NCBI GenBank assembly: GCA_965214775.1
Contig: OZ243974.1
Span: 2,752,001 to 2,816,000, forward strand
Source of the DNA: Nitrosopumilus sp.
GTDB lineage: Archaea; Thermoproteota; Nitrososphaeria; Nitrososphaerales; Nitrosopumilaceae
Direction of reading: 5' to 3'
DNA: 64,000 bases
The translations under genes and the position numbers were made by a program. The notes below the pieces were generated by a model, which was not told the origin of the DNA, did not search any database, and saw only the letters and a list, made by a program, of their open reading frames with translations. Positions 32,473 through 43,265 of the stretch are shown piece by piece; the stretch's first letter is position 1, and each line of letters begins with the position of its first letter.

Positions 32473-34158
32473 GGGGTTGTCCAAAAAATTTCCTCAAAAT
32501 GACCGCCAAGCTTATAGACGCTATATGAAATCTTATCAGTATCCTGTGATATACAATTACTGTTGGGCCTGAGAGTCGATATGATCTTACCATGTACAAG
32601 GGTGTCTTATAGACTGACTCGCAACAGCAGGCGGAAAGCAATGTACCGCGCAGACGGTGAATGGGAGATTCCGCTCGGATCAGGCATTTTGATCAAAAAG
32701 GAGGTGATAACATGATCAACGTAGGAATAGACGTACACAAAAAGACATGCGTTGCAGCAGTAAAGGACGACTCTGGCAAGCTGCTAGAGCGATCCAAGTT
32801 TGAGAACAGCGTTTCTACAACAACGAATTTTGCAACAGACCTCAAGGCACAATACCCTGGACAGCTGTCAATCATGACAGTATGCGAGTCTACTGTCACG
32901 CAGAGAAAGTATAAGAGGATGCATCGCTTAGCAACATTGTCCTGATTCGGAACACTGAGCTGGCAAGGGTCCACGGTAGGATTTGGCACGATTTCATATG
33001 GGAGATCATGGGCGTAATACGCCGAAAACAATTTTGATCAGCCGATCCTGGCTATTTCAATGAGTAACGACAGAAAGAACACAGAATACTACCGACTCTA
33101 CGAGCAAAAGCGCAGGCAGGAGAGCCCCCGCAAGAAGAAGGCAAGGAAGAACCTGGGAAAGATCGTGCGCAGGGTGGCCAAGAAGATGGCAGACAAAACG
33201 GGAATCGATGCCAAACTTGCATGGTCTGCCATACGCATTGCGATCCTCAGGATCGAGAACCACCTGTCCTACAGGATCATGGCCACGCATCTGGAGACAA
33301 ATCCGGACGATCTCAGGAGGTGCGGCCTAGACCACACACTCTCCAAGTCCACCATACACAACAGGGTGAAGATGCTCTGGGAAATGGGCAAGGACTTTAT
33401 GGACGAGGTCGTGCTGGCCATGTCAGACGGCAAGCGCATAGCGGACCTGCACGGCGACTCGACGGGGTTTGGCCTCCGCAAGTACAAGAGCTGGCATCAT
33501 GCCAAGTACGGGGAGATGACAGGACACGACTTTGCAAAGCTGCATAGTAGGCGCAGTAGGAGGCAGGATACTGTCATTTGAGGCCACACCTGGCACATCG
33601 GCCGACTCGCCGGAGTTTGCCCGCATGTTTTCCCGCATTCCAAAGGGAGGATACGGCATAGTGGCGCTGGATTCGGCATACGATTCGTACAAAAACTGCG
33701 AGTTGATTGCAAAAAGCGGCCGCGGACCTGCCATAAAGCCGGCAAAGGGAAACGAAAAGCCTTGGCAGGTTCAGCGCCCGGGCCAGGATGCTGCAGTGGC
33801 TGCGCGACAGGCAGACGAATTCTGGCGCGCCTACCACAAGAGGAGCCAGGCAGAGTCCCTGTTCTCGGCAATGAAGGAAAGGACTGGATCCGTCCTGCGC
33901 TCAAAGCTGGACGGAACCATTACAGTCGAGCTGTTCGCTTGCGTGTTGTGCTACAACCTTACGGTATAATTTTTATCATAATTCCGTACTGTTGTTGGAC
34001 TGCAGCAGCACTACCGTAAGGTATGGCCCGCATGGATATTTACGTTGCCTTTTGCGCATGTCCGGCCGAAAATGTCCCGTTCTGCATCTGAATTTACATA
34101 CATACGGGGGCAGACTGGCAGATTATGGCAGCCTCTTGGAAATTTTTTGGACAACCCC
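32473..34158 (+). mobile_element. IS5-family element D, copy 1 (frameshifted transposase 33060-33969), carrying a mini-IS110
   Basis: TIRs GGGGTTGTCCAAAAAATTTCC / GGAAATTTTTTGGACAACCCC; DSTGF, ALDSAYDS, YHKRSQAESLFSAMK. Confidence 0.88.
32614..33005 (+). mobile_element. Internally deleted mini-IS110 (N-terminal DEDD fragment fused to extreme C-terminus)
   Basis: MINVGIDVHKKTCVAAV...VCEST joined to TQRKYKRMHRLATLS; AGA at both junctions. Confidence 0.85.
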
Positions 34159-34396
34159 GGATTGCACAGTCTTTCCAAAAGTAACCCAAAAAACGGCTCC
34201 AAATTCGAAACAATCTAAGATGAGTCACATGCAGATCCATATACTGCCGTCTGCACCATCCCTAATTTGGAATCATCTTGAATACTTCATCTGTAGTGAC
34301 GACTGAAAGTTTTCGAGCACCTATGGCATGAAATATGCAGGAAGACGCTTTTTGATGATCAAAGACTTTCAGCCACCACTATAGGAACTACTGGCA

Positions 34397-34975
34397 TTAT
34401 GGAATTGTAATTTTTAGAGGTTCGATTTCATCCAATCCACGTAGTCCTAAAAACCCTTTGTCAAAAGTATACAATTCGTCACATTGAGAGTCATGTGCTA
34501 TGATGGCGTGTAAAATATCTGCAAACATGACTTGTTTATAGTTGATGCCAACATGATCTGCACTGCACTGTTCATATTTTTTATGAAATCGTTGAGACCC
34601 TATGCTTTTTTCCATTAGTTCCAATCCACGAGCAAGGACATCGTCTAGTCTGGCACTTCCTCCTTTTTCTAGTTTGACGTTTGGCAGCCTCATTATGGTA
34701 CTAGTTGTGGATTGATAAATCTTGCTGGCCTTGTCCTTTACATAGGCGTCTTGTTTTTTTTCTGGAATTCTGATCATCTCTTCTTTATTTTTACTAACAA
34801 GCATGCGAATCACTCCCATCAATTCGGTTAGAGCAAGAATGGAAATCACTCCTGCATATCTGCCCTGTGAGATTCCGTCAATTACCAATTTTGCACGACG
34901 GTGCTGATCGGGTTCCTTTTTTGACCCTATCGTATAAGCAATTATGATGTTGGTGTCTAGGTAGATTTTATCCAT
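34397..34975 (-). CDS. PIN-domain (VapC-like) nuclease
   Basis: IYLDTNII, LTEL, FADILHAIIA, LYTFDKGF. Confidence 0.88.
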   Translation of the reverse strand: MDKIYLDTNIIIAYTIGSKKEPDQHRRAKLVIDGISQGRYAGVISILALTELMGVIRMLVSKNKEEMIRIPEKKQDAYVKDKASKIYQSTTSTIMRLPNVKLEKGGSARLDDVLARGLELMEKSIGSQRFHKKYEQCSADHVGINYKQVMFADILHAIIAHDSQCDELYTFDKGFLGLRGLDEIEPLKITIP

Positions 34976-35433
34976 TACGTGTCCCTCATAGTTCTAACCG
35001 CATCTACGGCATCGACGGCCTGGTCTCCGATCTGGTCTCCGATAATGCCAGAGAGCTGTTTGAATGCGTTGGAGTCAAGTTTTGGAATTTCCTTGAGTCC
35101 TATGAGCCTACAGAGCATTTCGCGGGTATCTCTGTCATTGAATTTGAATTCGCTGACATGTTCTGTTGACTCGATGATTGAGAGATCCGGTGGGCTCGTG
35201 TCGTTATCATATGGTATGACGTCCTTGGAGGGGCTTGCACCGTCATCGTATTGTATGATGTGGTTTGATAGTGTGATGAAGAAAGGCGCCAGGAAGTAGA
35301 TCGGCCGTTCCGGCGGTTTGTCGATCTCATCCAAGTCCTTGGCGCTCATCAGGCTGCCGAGGTGTTGTTTACTTCCAGAACCGCTCATGTGTGTCATAGC
35401 ATCCACATCTGTATCATGCGGGGTGCTGAACAA
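34975..35433 (-). CDS. Hypothetical protein, possible VapB-like partner
   Basis: Stop overlaps the PIN gene start; C-terminal DAVDAVRTMRD. Confidence 0.6.
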   Translation of the reverse strand: MFSTPHDTDVDAMTHMSGSGSKQHLGSLMSAKDLDEIDKPPERPIYFLAPFFITLSNHIIQYDDGASPSKDVIPYDNDTSPPDLSIIESTEHVSEFKFNDRDTREMLCRLIGLKEIPKLDSNAFKQLSGIIGDQIGDQAVDAVDAVRTMRDT

Positions 35434-35848
35434 GGTTTGCAGTCCGCATTCCTACAAGCTCCCTTGTCTCCTTGATTCTGTTGTAGGCATTGAGAAAGTC
35501 AACGGCGGATGCGTCGTCCCGTAAAAATATAGACAGCGAAAAGCCGAAAAATCGCTTGCTGTCATTTGTTATTATCTTGTGCCTGATGTCCAGAGCCACC
35601 AGCGTATGCTCCAATTCATACACGATTCCACTTTTGGCCGACTCGTCCATCTGAAAGAATTTTTCTGTTATTTTGTCATTGAAGGGATGTGTGGCCTGCA
35701 GCTCGACCAGATCTGATTTGCCAAGCGCCACTATGCTGTCCTTTTTTACAAGCCGGGCATATCGGTAGGATGGAGGGTATTCCTTCATTCTTATGTGTTG
35801 AATATTTGCATTGTCCATCAACTTGCAAATGTCGGACTCTTCCAACAA
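35414..35848 (-). CDS. Hypothetical protein
   Basis: 144-aa ORF overlapping the next gene, first of a three-gene unit. Confidence 0.65.
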   Translation of the reverse strand: MLEESDICKLMDNANIQHIRMKEYPPSYRYARLVKKDSIVALGKSDLVELQATHPFNDKITEKFFQMDESAKSGIVYELEHTLVALDIRHKIITNDSKRFFGFSLSIFLRDDASAVDFLNAYNRIKETRELVGMRTANLVQHPA

Positions 35849-36031
35849 GATATGTCGCGTGCGATATTATAAAAGCATATACAACTGAGGGGGGTTGTCC
35901 AAAAAATTTCCTCAAAATGACCGCCAAGCTTATAGACGCTATATGAAATCTTATCAGTATCCTGTAATATACAATTATCGTTGGGCCTGAGAGTCGATGT
36001 GATCTTACCATGTACAAGGGTGTTTTATAGA

Positions 36032-36694
36032 CTGACTCGTAACAGCAGGCGGAAAGCAATATACCGCGTAGACGGTGAATGGGAGATTCCGCCCGGATCA
36101 GGCATTTTGATCAAAAAGGAGGTGATAACATGATCAACTCGGCCACAGCAGTACGAAACGACTCAAGACTTGGTTCTATATATGAAAGGATAAGAAAGAG
36201 ACGAGGATGGCAAAAGGCAAAGATTGTAGTTGCAAGGCACATGCTGGAGATAATCTGGCACATGCTGACCACCGGGGAGGAGTACCGCACTCAGAGCAAG
36301 ACTCTCACGCAGAGAAAGTATAAGAGAATGCATCGCATAGCAACATTGTCCTGATTCGGAACATCACGCTGGCAAGGGTCCACGGTAGGATTAGGTACGA
36401 TTTCATATGGGAGACTGACTCGTAACAGCAGGCGGAAAGCAATATACCGCGTAGACGGTGAATGGGAGATTCCGCCCGGATCAGGCATTTTGATCAAAAA
36501 GGAGGTGATAACATGATCAACTCGGCCACAGCAGTACGAAACGACTCAAGACTTGGTTCTATATATGAAAGGATAAGAAAGAGACGAGGATGGCAAAAGG
36601 CAAAGATTGTAGTTGCAAGGCACATGCTGGAGATAATCTGGCACATGCTGACCACCGGGGAGGAGTACCGCACTCAGAGCAAGACTCTCACGCA
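36032..36694 (+). mobile_element. Head-to-tail tandem of mini-IS110 (383-bp unit plus truncated second unit)
   Basis: Unit 36032-36414 repeats from 36415; ORF MIN joined to the IS110 C-terminus (KAKIVVARHMLEIIWHMLTTGEEY). Confidence 0.88.
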
Positions 36695-37735
36695 TGTTTC
36701 ATATGAAAATTAGTTCCGCCCCTCATTAGTATCCTTCTCCATCCATTTGGGGTCGCTTTTCCTGATCGCTTCTGTGGCCTCCCGGCTCCGGAACGCCATT
36801 CTGGGAGTCTCTGCACGCTTGATGTCAAGCGACCAGTGCGTCCTGTGCTCGTTGTAGAACTCGATGAACTCGTCTACCTTCTCAAAGTGCGTCAGCTCCT
36901 TCTCAAGCGTTCTGAACCACCTCTCCAACTTGCCGTTGGTCTGGGGGTGATGCGGACGCGAGTTGAGCAGGACGATGCTGTGCTCTAGCAGCTCGTTCTC
37001 AAACAGCGTGGGCGTCCAGCTGCCCCTTGGGGTACCGCGCCTGGCTGACGTAAAGCAGCTGCCGTTGTCTGAGAGTATCTGGGCTGGCGTCCCGAACTCT
37101 TTGATGGCCTTGCGCAGCACCAGGACTGCGTTCTCCGAGGTCGCGCGCTCAAAGACGCCAAATCCGGTTATGCACCGCGAGGAATCGTCAAGATATGCCA
37201 CCAGATTGAGTTTTTCTAGGCGTGAATCCTTCATTTCGTGCCAGTCCACGTGCCACATTGCATTGGAGTACTTGCGCTCATAGCGCAGCCACTTGAGCTG
37301 TCTGGGTCTGGCAGGCGAGCCGTCCGTTATTCCCTCGGCCTTCATGATCCTGTATACTGCATGGTAGCTTATCTGCCTGCCTGCGGCCCTCATGCGCAAT
37401 GCCAGCCTCTCCACACCCGACGGCATCCGCGCATATGCGTCAAGGACCGCCTCCACATCCACGGGATCCGTGTCCATGCAGGGCCTTCCTGCCCCGCTCC
37501 GTGGCAGGACTGTGCCGGAGCTGCGGAATCTGGCCCATATCTTCCTGACATACCTGTCGCTGATGCCCAGCTCCCGGGCTATCTGCTTTGCAGGCACGCC
37601 CTTTTTCCTCTGCTTTTCTATGTACCGGAGCGACTTTTCCTCCAATTTTTTCCTCACGTTTTTTGATCGGTACAGCCTAAAATAATCCTTCAAAGTACGC
37701 CTGATCTTAGGCGGAACTAATTTTCGTATGATAGA
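36695..37735 (-). mobile_element. IS481-family element with transposase 36710-37693
   Basis: TIRs TGTTTCATATGAAAATTAGTTCCGCC / GGCGGAACTAATTTTCGTATGATAGA; WHVDW, LSDNGS, PQTNGKLER; no TSD, both flanks truncated. Confidence 0.92.
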
Positions 37736-38531
37736 ATGCTCTGGGAAATGGGCAAGGACTTTATGGACGAGGTCGTGCTGGCCATGTCAGACGGCAAGCG
37801 CATAGCGGACCTGCACGGCGACTCGACGGGGTTTGGCCTCCGCAAGTACAAGAGCTGGCATCATGCCAAGTACGGGGAGATGACAGGACACGACTTTGCA
37901 AAGCTGCATAGTAGGCGCAGTAGGAGGCAGGATACTGTCATTTGAGGCCACACCTGGCACATCGGCCGACTCGCCGGAGTTTGCCCGCATGTTTTCCCGC
38001 ATTCCAAAGGGAGGATACGGCATAGTGGCGCTGGATTCGGCATACGATTCGTACAAAAACTGCGAGTTGATTGCAAAAAGCGGCCGCGGACCTGCCATAA
38101 AGCCGGCAAAGGGAAACGAAAAGCCTTGGCAGGTTCAGCGCCCGGGCTAGGATGCTGCAGTGGATGCGTGACAGGCAGACGAATTCTGGCGCGCCTACCA
38201 CAAGAGGAGCCAGGCAGAGGCCCTGCTCTCGGCAATGAAGGAAAGGACTGGATCCGTCCTGCGCTCAAAGCTGGACGGAACCATTACAGTCGAGCTGTTC
38301 GCTCGCGTGTTGTGCTACAACCTTACGGTATAATTTTTAACATAATTCCGTACTGTTGTTGGACTGCAGCAGCACTACCGTAAGGTATGGCCCGCATGGA
38401 TATTTACGTTGCCTTTTGCGCATGTCCGGCCGAAAATGTCCCGTTCTGCATCTGAATTTGCATACATACGGGGGCAGACTGGCAGATTATGGCAGCCTCT
38501 TGGAAATTTTTTGGACAACCCCGGGTCAAGG

Positions 38532-38673
38532 CAGTAGTTGAAAATGTACTTTTGTTCACCAGAACAGCTGTCTCACGCGGTTCTGGCATGCGGAATCCCA
38601 TGCGTGCAGAGCCGTGGATGGACGGAGGCGCCATCACGCAGGTGCCATGCAAAGTGTACATTTTCAACTACTG
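38532..38673. mobile_element. MITE (142 bp)
   Basis: Perfect 18-bp TIR CAGTAGTTGAAAATGTAC / GTACATTTTCAACTACTG. Confidence 0.85.
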
Positions 38674-38691
38674 TTGAACCGATTACGCAGT

Positions 38692-39399
38692 CTAGTATAG
38701 TTTTTTCTTGCGAAACTTGGAGCTCTTTTCTTCCAATTGGCTAATTTTAGCTAGAAAGTTCGGGTCAATCTTTATTTTTGACAGTGATTCGGCAGATAAT
38801 TTTACAGTATTGCTGTCCAGTGCAACGTTGGTTTTTGGAAGGTTTTTGTCAGACCAGAGCTTCATAGCCTTGTCTTCTAGCCTGTAGTCTCTAAAACCTG
38901 CCGGGAATCGTTTTGTTATGTGATCTAACAGGGTCCGGTCTTTGAAGACAACTTTTGGCTCAAACAACCGCGTCTCATCGCCATACACGTTTTCAAACAG
39001 GTTTCCCGAGACCTCGTCGGAGAGCAGCTCCATCTTTGAGATCTTGCGAATCAGCTCCAGAAAGTGCAGAAACTCGTGTGCCAGGATTGCGTGAATGGTA
39101 CCCTTGAGCCCGTAGGCGACCAAGGGTGCGGAGATTTGAATTACCACCTGAAAACGCTCCTCAAACATTACCGGGATGGTTCTTGCAAACAGAATTCCAA
39201 ACTCGTAGGAATTTGCAGTCGAAGAGGACAGAACCAGCGACGGCTCGACATATGCTGCAGGGTACCTGATTCCAGAAGCCTTTTCGATGCGGTTGATTCC
39301 AGAAACGGCGATTGGAAATCTCCTTGCAGTCAGATCACAGACATCCCGTGGTATGACTCCCTTGTGACATGCGTCTTTTAGGCGGACAAGAGGATCCAA
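38692..39399 (-). CDS. Hypothetical protein with HEXXH motif
   Basis: AILAHEFLH; backbone-like composition. Confidence 0.8.
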   Translation of the reverse strand: MDPLVRLKDACHKGVIPRDVCDLTARRFPIAVSGINRIEKASGIRYPAAYVEPSLVLSSSTANSYEFGILFARTIPVMFEERFQVVIQISAPLVAYGLKGTIHAILAHEFLHFLELIRKISKMELLSDEVSGNLFENVYGDETRLFEPKVVFKDRTLLDHITKRFPAGFRDYRLEDKAMKLWSDKNLPKTNVALDSNTVKLSAESLSKIKIDPNFLAKISQLEEKSSKFRKKKLY

Positions 39400-39440
39400 T
39401 ACCTCCCCTCAGGGCGTTGAATGTAAAAAGGTTGATTTGT

Positions 39441-39539
39441 TCAGGAACGCGGTTTTCCGGCCTTGGCTTTTTTAACCCTTCTAGTTTTGGCCCTTTGATC
39501 AGCATGTCTTAGGTGCTTGCCTTTTTTTCTTATCGGCAT
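39441..39539 (-). CDS. Small basic protein (32 aa)
   Basis: MPIRKKGKHLRHADQRAKTRRVKKAKAGKPRS, fills the gap between co-oriented genes. Confidence 0.5.
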   Translation of the reverse strand: MPIRKKGKHLRHADQRAKTRRVKKAKAGKPRS

Positions 39540-39564
39540 GCGGTAAGGGGGCGGCCAGTGATAG

Positions 39565-40731
39565 TTAATTGTTGCCATCGGTTATTTTGACGTCAAGAAA
39601 ATCAAACGTATCTGCCAGGCAGCTTGTGCCAAGAATCGAGGAGACGCTGGGAACGACATCATCGCCGCTTACAAACCGCTTGATCGGCAGTCCGCCTTCA
39701 GCATTGATCTCCAATGCAAACTTTTGATCTGAGAGTCTTTCATATGAGACCAGGCTGATCTTTTTTTCTGCACGGCTGCCGGATTTTTGATAAACTGCCA
39801 CGGCTGCAGAAGGCAAGAAAAGGGCTCTGATTTTTTCAAGCTGGGACGGCGTGACTTTTGAATCAGCAGAGATGCGGATGTTGATCCTCGAGGAGAACCT
39901 GATTGGCTGTGGCGGCAGCCTGTCTTCAACCCTCAAATCCGTCACAGATACACAGCTGCTGCCGTCTTTTTTGGACATAGTGCGAATCTTTCGTTTCAGA
40001 GGGTTTTGAAGCCTTACAAAAAAAGGCCTGCCGGTGCCCAAGACGAGGCTGGATTTGTCCTCGCCGCCAACCCAGGTGAATTTGGCAGTCGTGCAGCCTA
40101 TCTCCCGGAATAGCAGTTCAGATATCACGCCTTCAACGCTCTCAGATCCGGTTATCCCGTGAAAGTCACACATTCTGCAGCCCTTTGCCAAACAATTAGG
40201 ACAGGGTTTCTGCTTTTGGGGGAGATTGCGATCGTTTTTTGTGTATCTTCCCGAGAGAAGGATTGGCTTGGAGCGAAGCTGGCACGATTCGTCTCTGGTA
40301 TTCACAGTAAAGGTGACATCAGAATCCAGGGGGTCAAGGATTTTTTTTGTTTTCTTGGAGTATAGTTTTGCCAGCTGTCTTGTAACGTCGGTTTTTACGC
40401 TGTCAGTTCCCCTTAGCCTGTATTTGGAGCGTATGGCATCGTCATGATCAACCATGGTGGGTTTCAGGATTGCACCCACGCTAAAGGATTCAAAGGAGAA
40501 CCCTGATGAAGAGTCAACCATCATCCTGACATAGTAGTCCATGTTATCAAACAGGTCCTTGCAGACATGGCACTTTGAGGTCTTTTGTCCTTTGTTTAGT
40601 TTCCTTCCCAGGAGCTTGTGGGATGACAGACGGAGTTTTTTTGCAAAAAAACGGCCCAGACACTGATCACACAGAACGTGCTCTTTTAAGATCCGGTCTG
40701 CAACAGGGGCAATCAGGGCGTATTCAGACAT
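39565..40731 (-). CDS. pus10: tRNA pseudouridine(54/55) synthase Pus10
   Basis: CDQCLGR, GRYTK, GGEDKSSLVLGTGRPF, EGGLPIKRFVSG. Confidence 0.9.
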   Translation of the reverse strand: MSEYALIAPVADRILKEHVLCDQCLGRFFAKKLRLSSHKLLGRKLNKGQKTSKCHVCKDLFDNMDYYVRMMVDSSSGFSFESFSVGAILKPTMVDHDDAIRSKYRLRGTDSVKTDVTRQLAKLYSKKTKKILDPLDSDVTFTVNTRDESCQLRSKPILLSGRYTKNDRNLPQKQKPCPNCLAKGCRMCDFHGITGSESVEGVISELLFREIGCTTAKFTWVGGEDKSSLVLGTGRPFFVRLQNPLKRKIRTMSKKDGSSCVSVTDLRVEDRLPPQPIRFSSRINIRISADSKVTPSQLEKIRALFLPSAAVAVYQKSGSRAEKKISLVSYERLSDQKFALEINAEGGLPIKRFVSGDDVVPSVSSILGTSCLADTFDFLDVKITDGNN

Positions 40732-40747
40732 GTCAGATGCGGGGATG

Positions 40748-42073
40748 TTAGCCCAGTCCCATCCGCCTGAGTGTTCCCTGCATCTGCCGTCCCTTTGAGG
40801 CCTTCATCATGTTCTTGGAATTTTTATAGTTTTTTATCAGTTCTTTGACTTCCCCCTCTGGCCAGCCAGAGCCCCTTGCTATCCGTTTTATTCTAGACGG
40901 GTTCAGCAGGCCGGGATCTGCCTTTTCATCCCCGGTCATGCTCTGAATGATGTATCGCCACTTTGAGACCCTGTCCTCTATTTGATCGACCTGATCATCT
41001 TTTACCAACCCAGACAGGCCAGGCACGCTCTCCAAAAGCCCCTTAAACGAGCCAACTTTTGTAACCTCCTCTAGCTGGTAAAAGAAATCATCCATGTTCA
41101 TTTTTCCGCTGGAGATTCTCTTCATTCTAACGTCGTTTCCCTCGCTCTCCAGGCGCTTGGCCAGATCAAGGACTGCCTGGATGTCCCCCATCCCAAGCAG
41201 TCTGCCGACAAACCGCGTCGGGGAAAACTTTTCCAAATCGTCAATTCTCTCACCGGTTCCAATGTACATTATCTGCGCGCCCGTGGCAGCAGATGCTGCT
41301 AGTGCACCGCCGCCTTTTGCAGAACTGTCAAGCTTGGTAACAATCACGCCGCCCACGGGAATTGTTTTGTGGAACGCCTCTGCCTGACTGTAGCACTGCT
41401 GGCCAATGGTTCCATCAATTACCAGTAGCGCCAGATCGGGATCCGCTGCTTTTCTGATTTGGGCCATTTCGTCTAAAAGATCCTGCTCCTCTTTGTGCCT
41501 GCCGGCCGTGTCTATCAGAATTACGTCAAGAGGCTGACTTTCAAAGTGCCTCAAGCCGTTTTTTACAATGCCAGGAGAGTCCCTGCTTTTTTCCTCGCCA
41601 TAAACCTCGACGTTGGATTTTTCGCACATCGTCTTTAGCTGAACAAGGGCGCCGGGCCGGTACGTATCGGCTCCAATAACGCCCACCTTGTACCCCTGAC
41701 GGGTCAGAAATTTTGCCAGTTTGGAGGAGGCAGTAGTCTTTCCGCTCCCCTGGATTCCCAGCAAGACAATCTTGTTTTGTCTGTCTGGCTTGAAATCAAA
41801 CCCTGATTCGTTTCCAAGAAGTTTTGAGAGTTCGTCATACAGGATCTTTACAATGTGATCCTTTCTTGATAGTCCTGGAGGGGGCGTCTCATTGAGGGCC
41901 CTTTCTTCAAGGCTTTCAGTTATCTTTAGAATCAGCCCGACGTCGACATCAGAGTGCATCAATGCCCTTTGGACGTCCTTGGACAGTTCCTTGATCAGCT
42001 CCTCGTCTATGCCTGAGGATTTGATGATTTTTTTGATTGCAGCGCCAAGGCTGTCTTTTAGGCCATCAAGCAT
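40748..42073 (-). CDS. srp54: Signal recognition particle protein SRP54
   Basis: [20 protein letters not shown] domain [11 protein letters not shown]. Confidence 0.97.
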   Translation of the reverse strand: MLDGLKDSLGAAIKKIIKSSGIDEELIKELSKDVQRALMHSDVDVGLILKITESLEERALNETPPPGLSRKDHIVKILYDELSKLLGNESGFDFKPDRQNKIVLLGIQGSGKTTASSKLAKFLTRQGYKVGVIGADTYRPGALVQLKTMCEKSNVEVYGEEKSRDSPGIVKNGLRHFESQPLDVILIDTAGRHKEEQDLLDEMAQIRKAADPDLALLVIDGTIGQQCYSQAEAFHKTIPVGGVIVTKLDSSAKGGGALAASAATGAQIMYIGTGERIDDLEKFSPTRFVGRLLGMGDIQAVLDLAKRLESEGNDVRMKRISSGKMNMDDFFYQLEEVTKVGSFKGLLESVPGLSGLVKDDQVDQIEDRVSKWRYIIQSMTGDEKADPGLLNPSRIKRIARGSGWPEGEVKELIKNYKNSKNMMKASKGRQMQGTLRRMGLG

Positions 42074-42758
42074 GGTAATCATCAAGTCCCGCCTCCACTA
42101 TTTCAAACCTTCCCCTGTAGCCATCCCAGTATTTTTCAAACTTTGTTACCAGTATGGCAGAAGAAAACATCGGACAGTCCACCACAAACGTTTCTGCCTC
42201 GCCGCCTTCAAAGTCAAGATTGAACTTGTACCTGTCAGAGAGGGCACTTAGTATAGGCAGATCCGAGGAGGTCACTTTTCTGCCCAGCCATGCGTCATCC
42301 AGACCTTCGGAGGCAACAGACGTCACGATAAACGAAAAGCCGGCTCCAAGCAGGTCACTCATGTGTTTTTGTGCATCAGTGTTCCAGAGGGGTGCAACAG
42401 ATTTCAGATCTAGTTTTTGACAGACGGACTCGAATCTTTCTTTTTGGAAATTGCTTTTGATTCCCCCGTGAACAATCCCTTCAATGTTGAATTTTTCCTT
42501 GGCGGCAATCAGGAGCTTTTCTATATGGAGCAGTTCGTCTTCAGTGGCATTGGAATCTGATTCGACGGTTAGTTGGGGGACGTTCATGGATTCGGCCTGA
42601 AGCCTAGTCCAGATCATGTTTGGATGGTGCAGAAGATGACTTTCGGCAGAGTTTGGAAACACTGTCAGCAAAACGACCACGTCGTGGCCCTGCTTTTGCG
42701 CCAAGTGGGTTGCAAACGCACTGTCCTTTCCGCCGGAGAACAAGGATGCAAGTTTCAT
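42066..42758 (-). CDS. dph6: Diphthine--ammonia ligase
   Basis: LFSGGKDS PP-loop, EGGEAETFV. Confidence 0.92.
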   Translation of the reverse strand: MKLASLFSGGKDSAFATHLAQKQGHDVVVLLTVFPNSAESHLLHHPNMIWTRLQAESMNVPQLTVESDSNATEDELLHIEKLLIAAKEKFNIEGIVHGGIKSNFQKERFESVCQKLDLKSVAPLWNTDAQKHMSDLLGAGFSFIVTSVASEGLDDAWLGRKVTSSDLPILSALSDRYKFNLDFEGGEAETFVVDCPMFSSAILVTKFEKYWDGYRGRFEIVEAGLDDYHA

Positions 42759-43265
42759 GTCTTTGGTTGGATTCCGTTTTACAAATTTTAGGGTTGTTAT
42801 TTGACAGGATGCCTCAACACTCATAATCGTCATCATAAATCAGACGGCTTTTCCGGCAATCATCAGCATCCGTACTGGTTTCCAACGCGCATGATTTTAG
42901 TTGTATGGTCGCAGAGCATCTCCTGCAGGCACGAATTTCTGTCTTCATGCAAGGTATTGAAAATTGGAATGACTACTCCCTTACCTTCCAGCGATATCAA
43001 CTCTGTCAGGGTTTGAAGCAATCACAGATTCGTAGGAAGGTTTGTAATTTAAAGTAAAAGACTGTCAAAAACAAAGGCATCTGATCGTGCTCTGGAAGAT
43101 GTCTCTGACTTTTTTAGGCACGAACTCCTTGAACTGCCCTTTTTGGTGGCAAGATTCATGCTTGAGCTTCCAGTGCGAGTTGTTACAAATATAATGCCAC
43201 AAAATACGTTGATCGTGCCGGTCATGCCAAGCCACGTATCATCAAAACGCCGCCTTTTACGTAGG

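Larger units (their letters stand above)
35891..38522 (+). mobile_element. IS5-family element D, copy 2 (disrupted by tandem mini-IS110 and IS481)
   Basis: Same TIRs as 32473-34158; 3' part 37736-38522 near-identical to copy 1, with an in-frame TAG at 38148. Confidence 0.88.
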
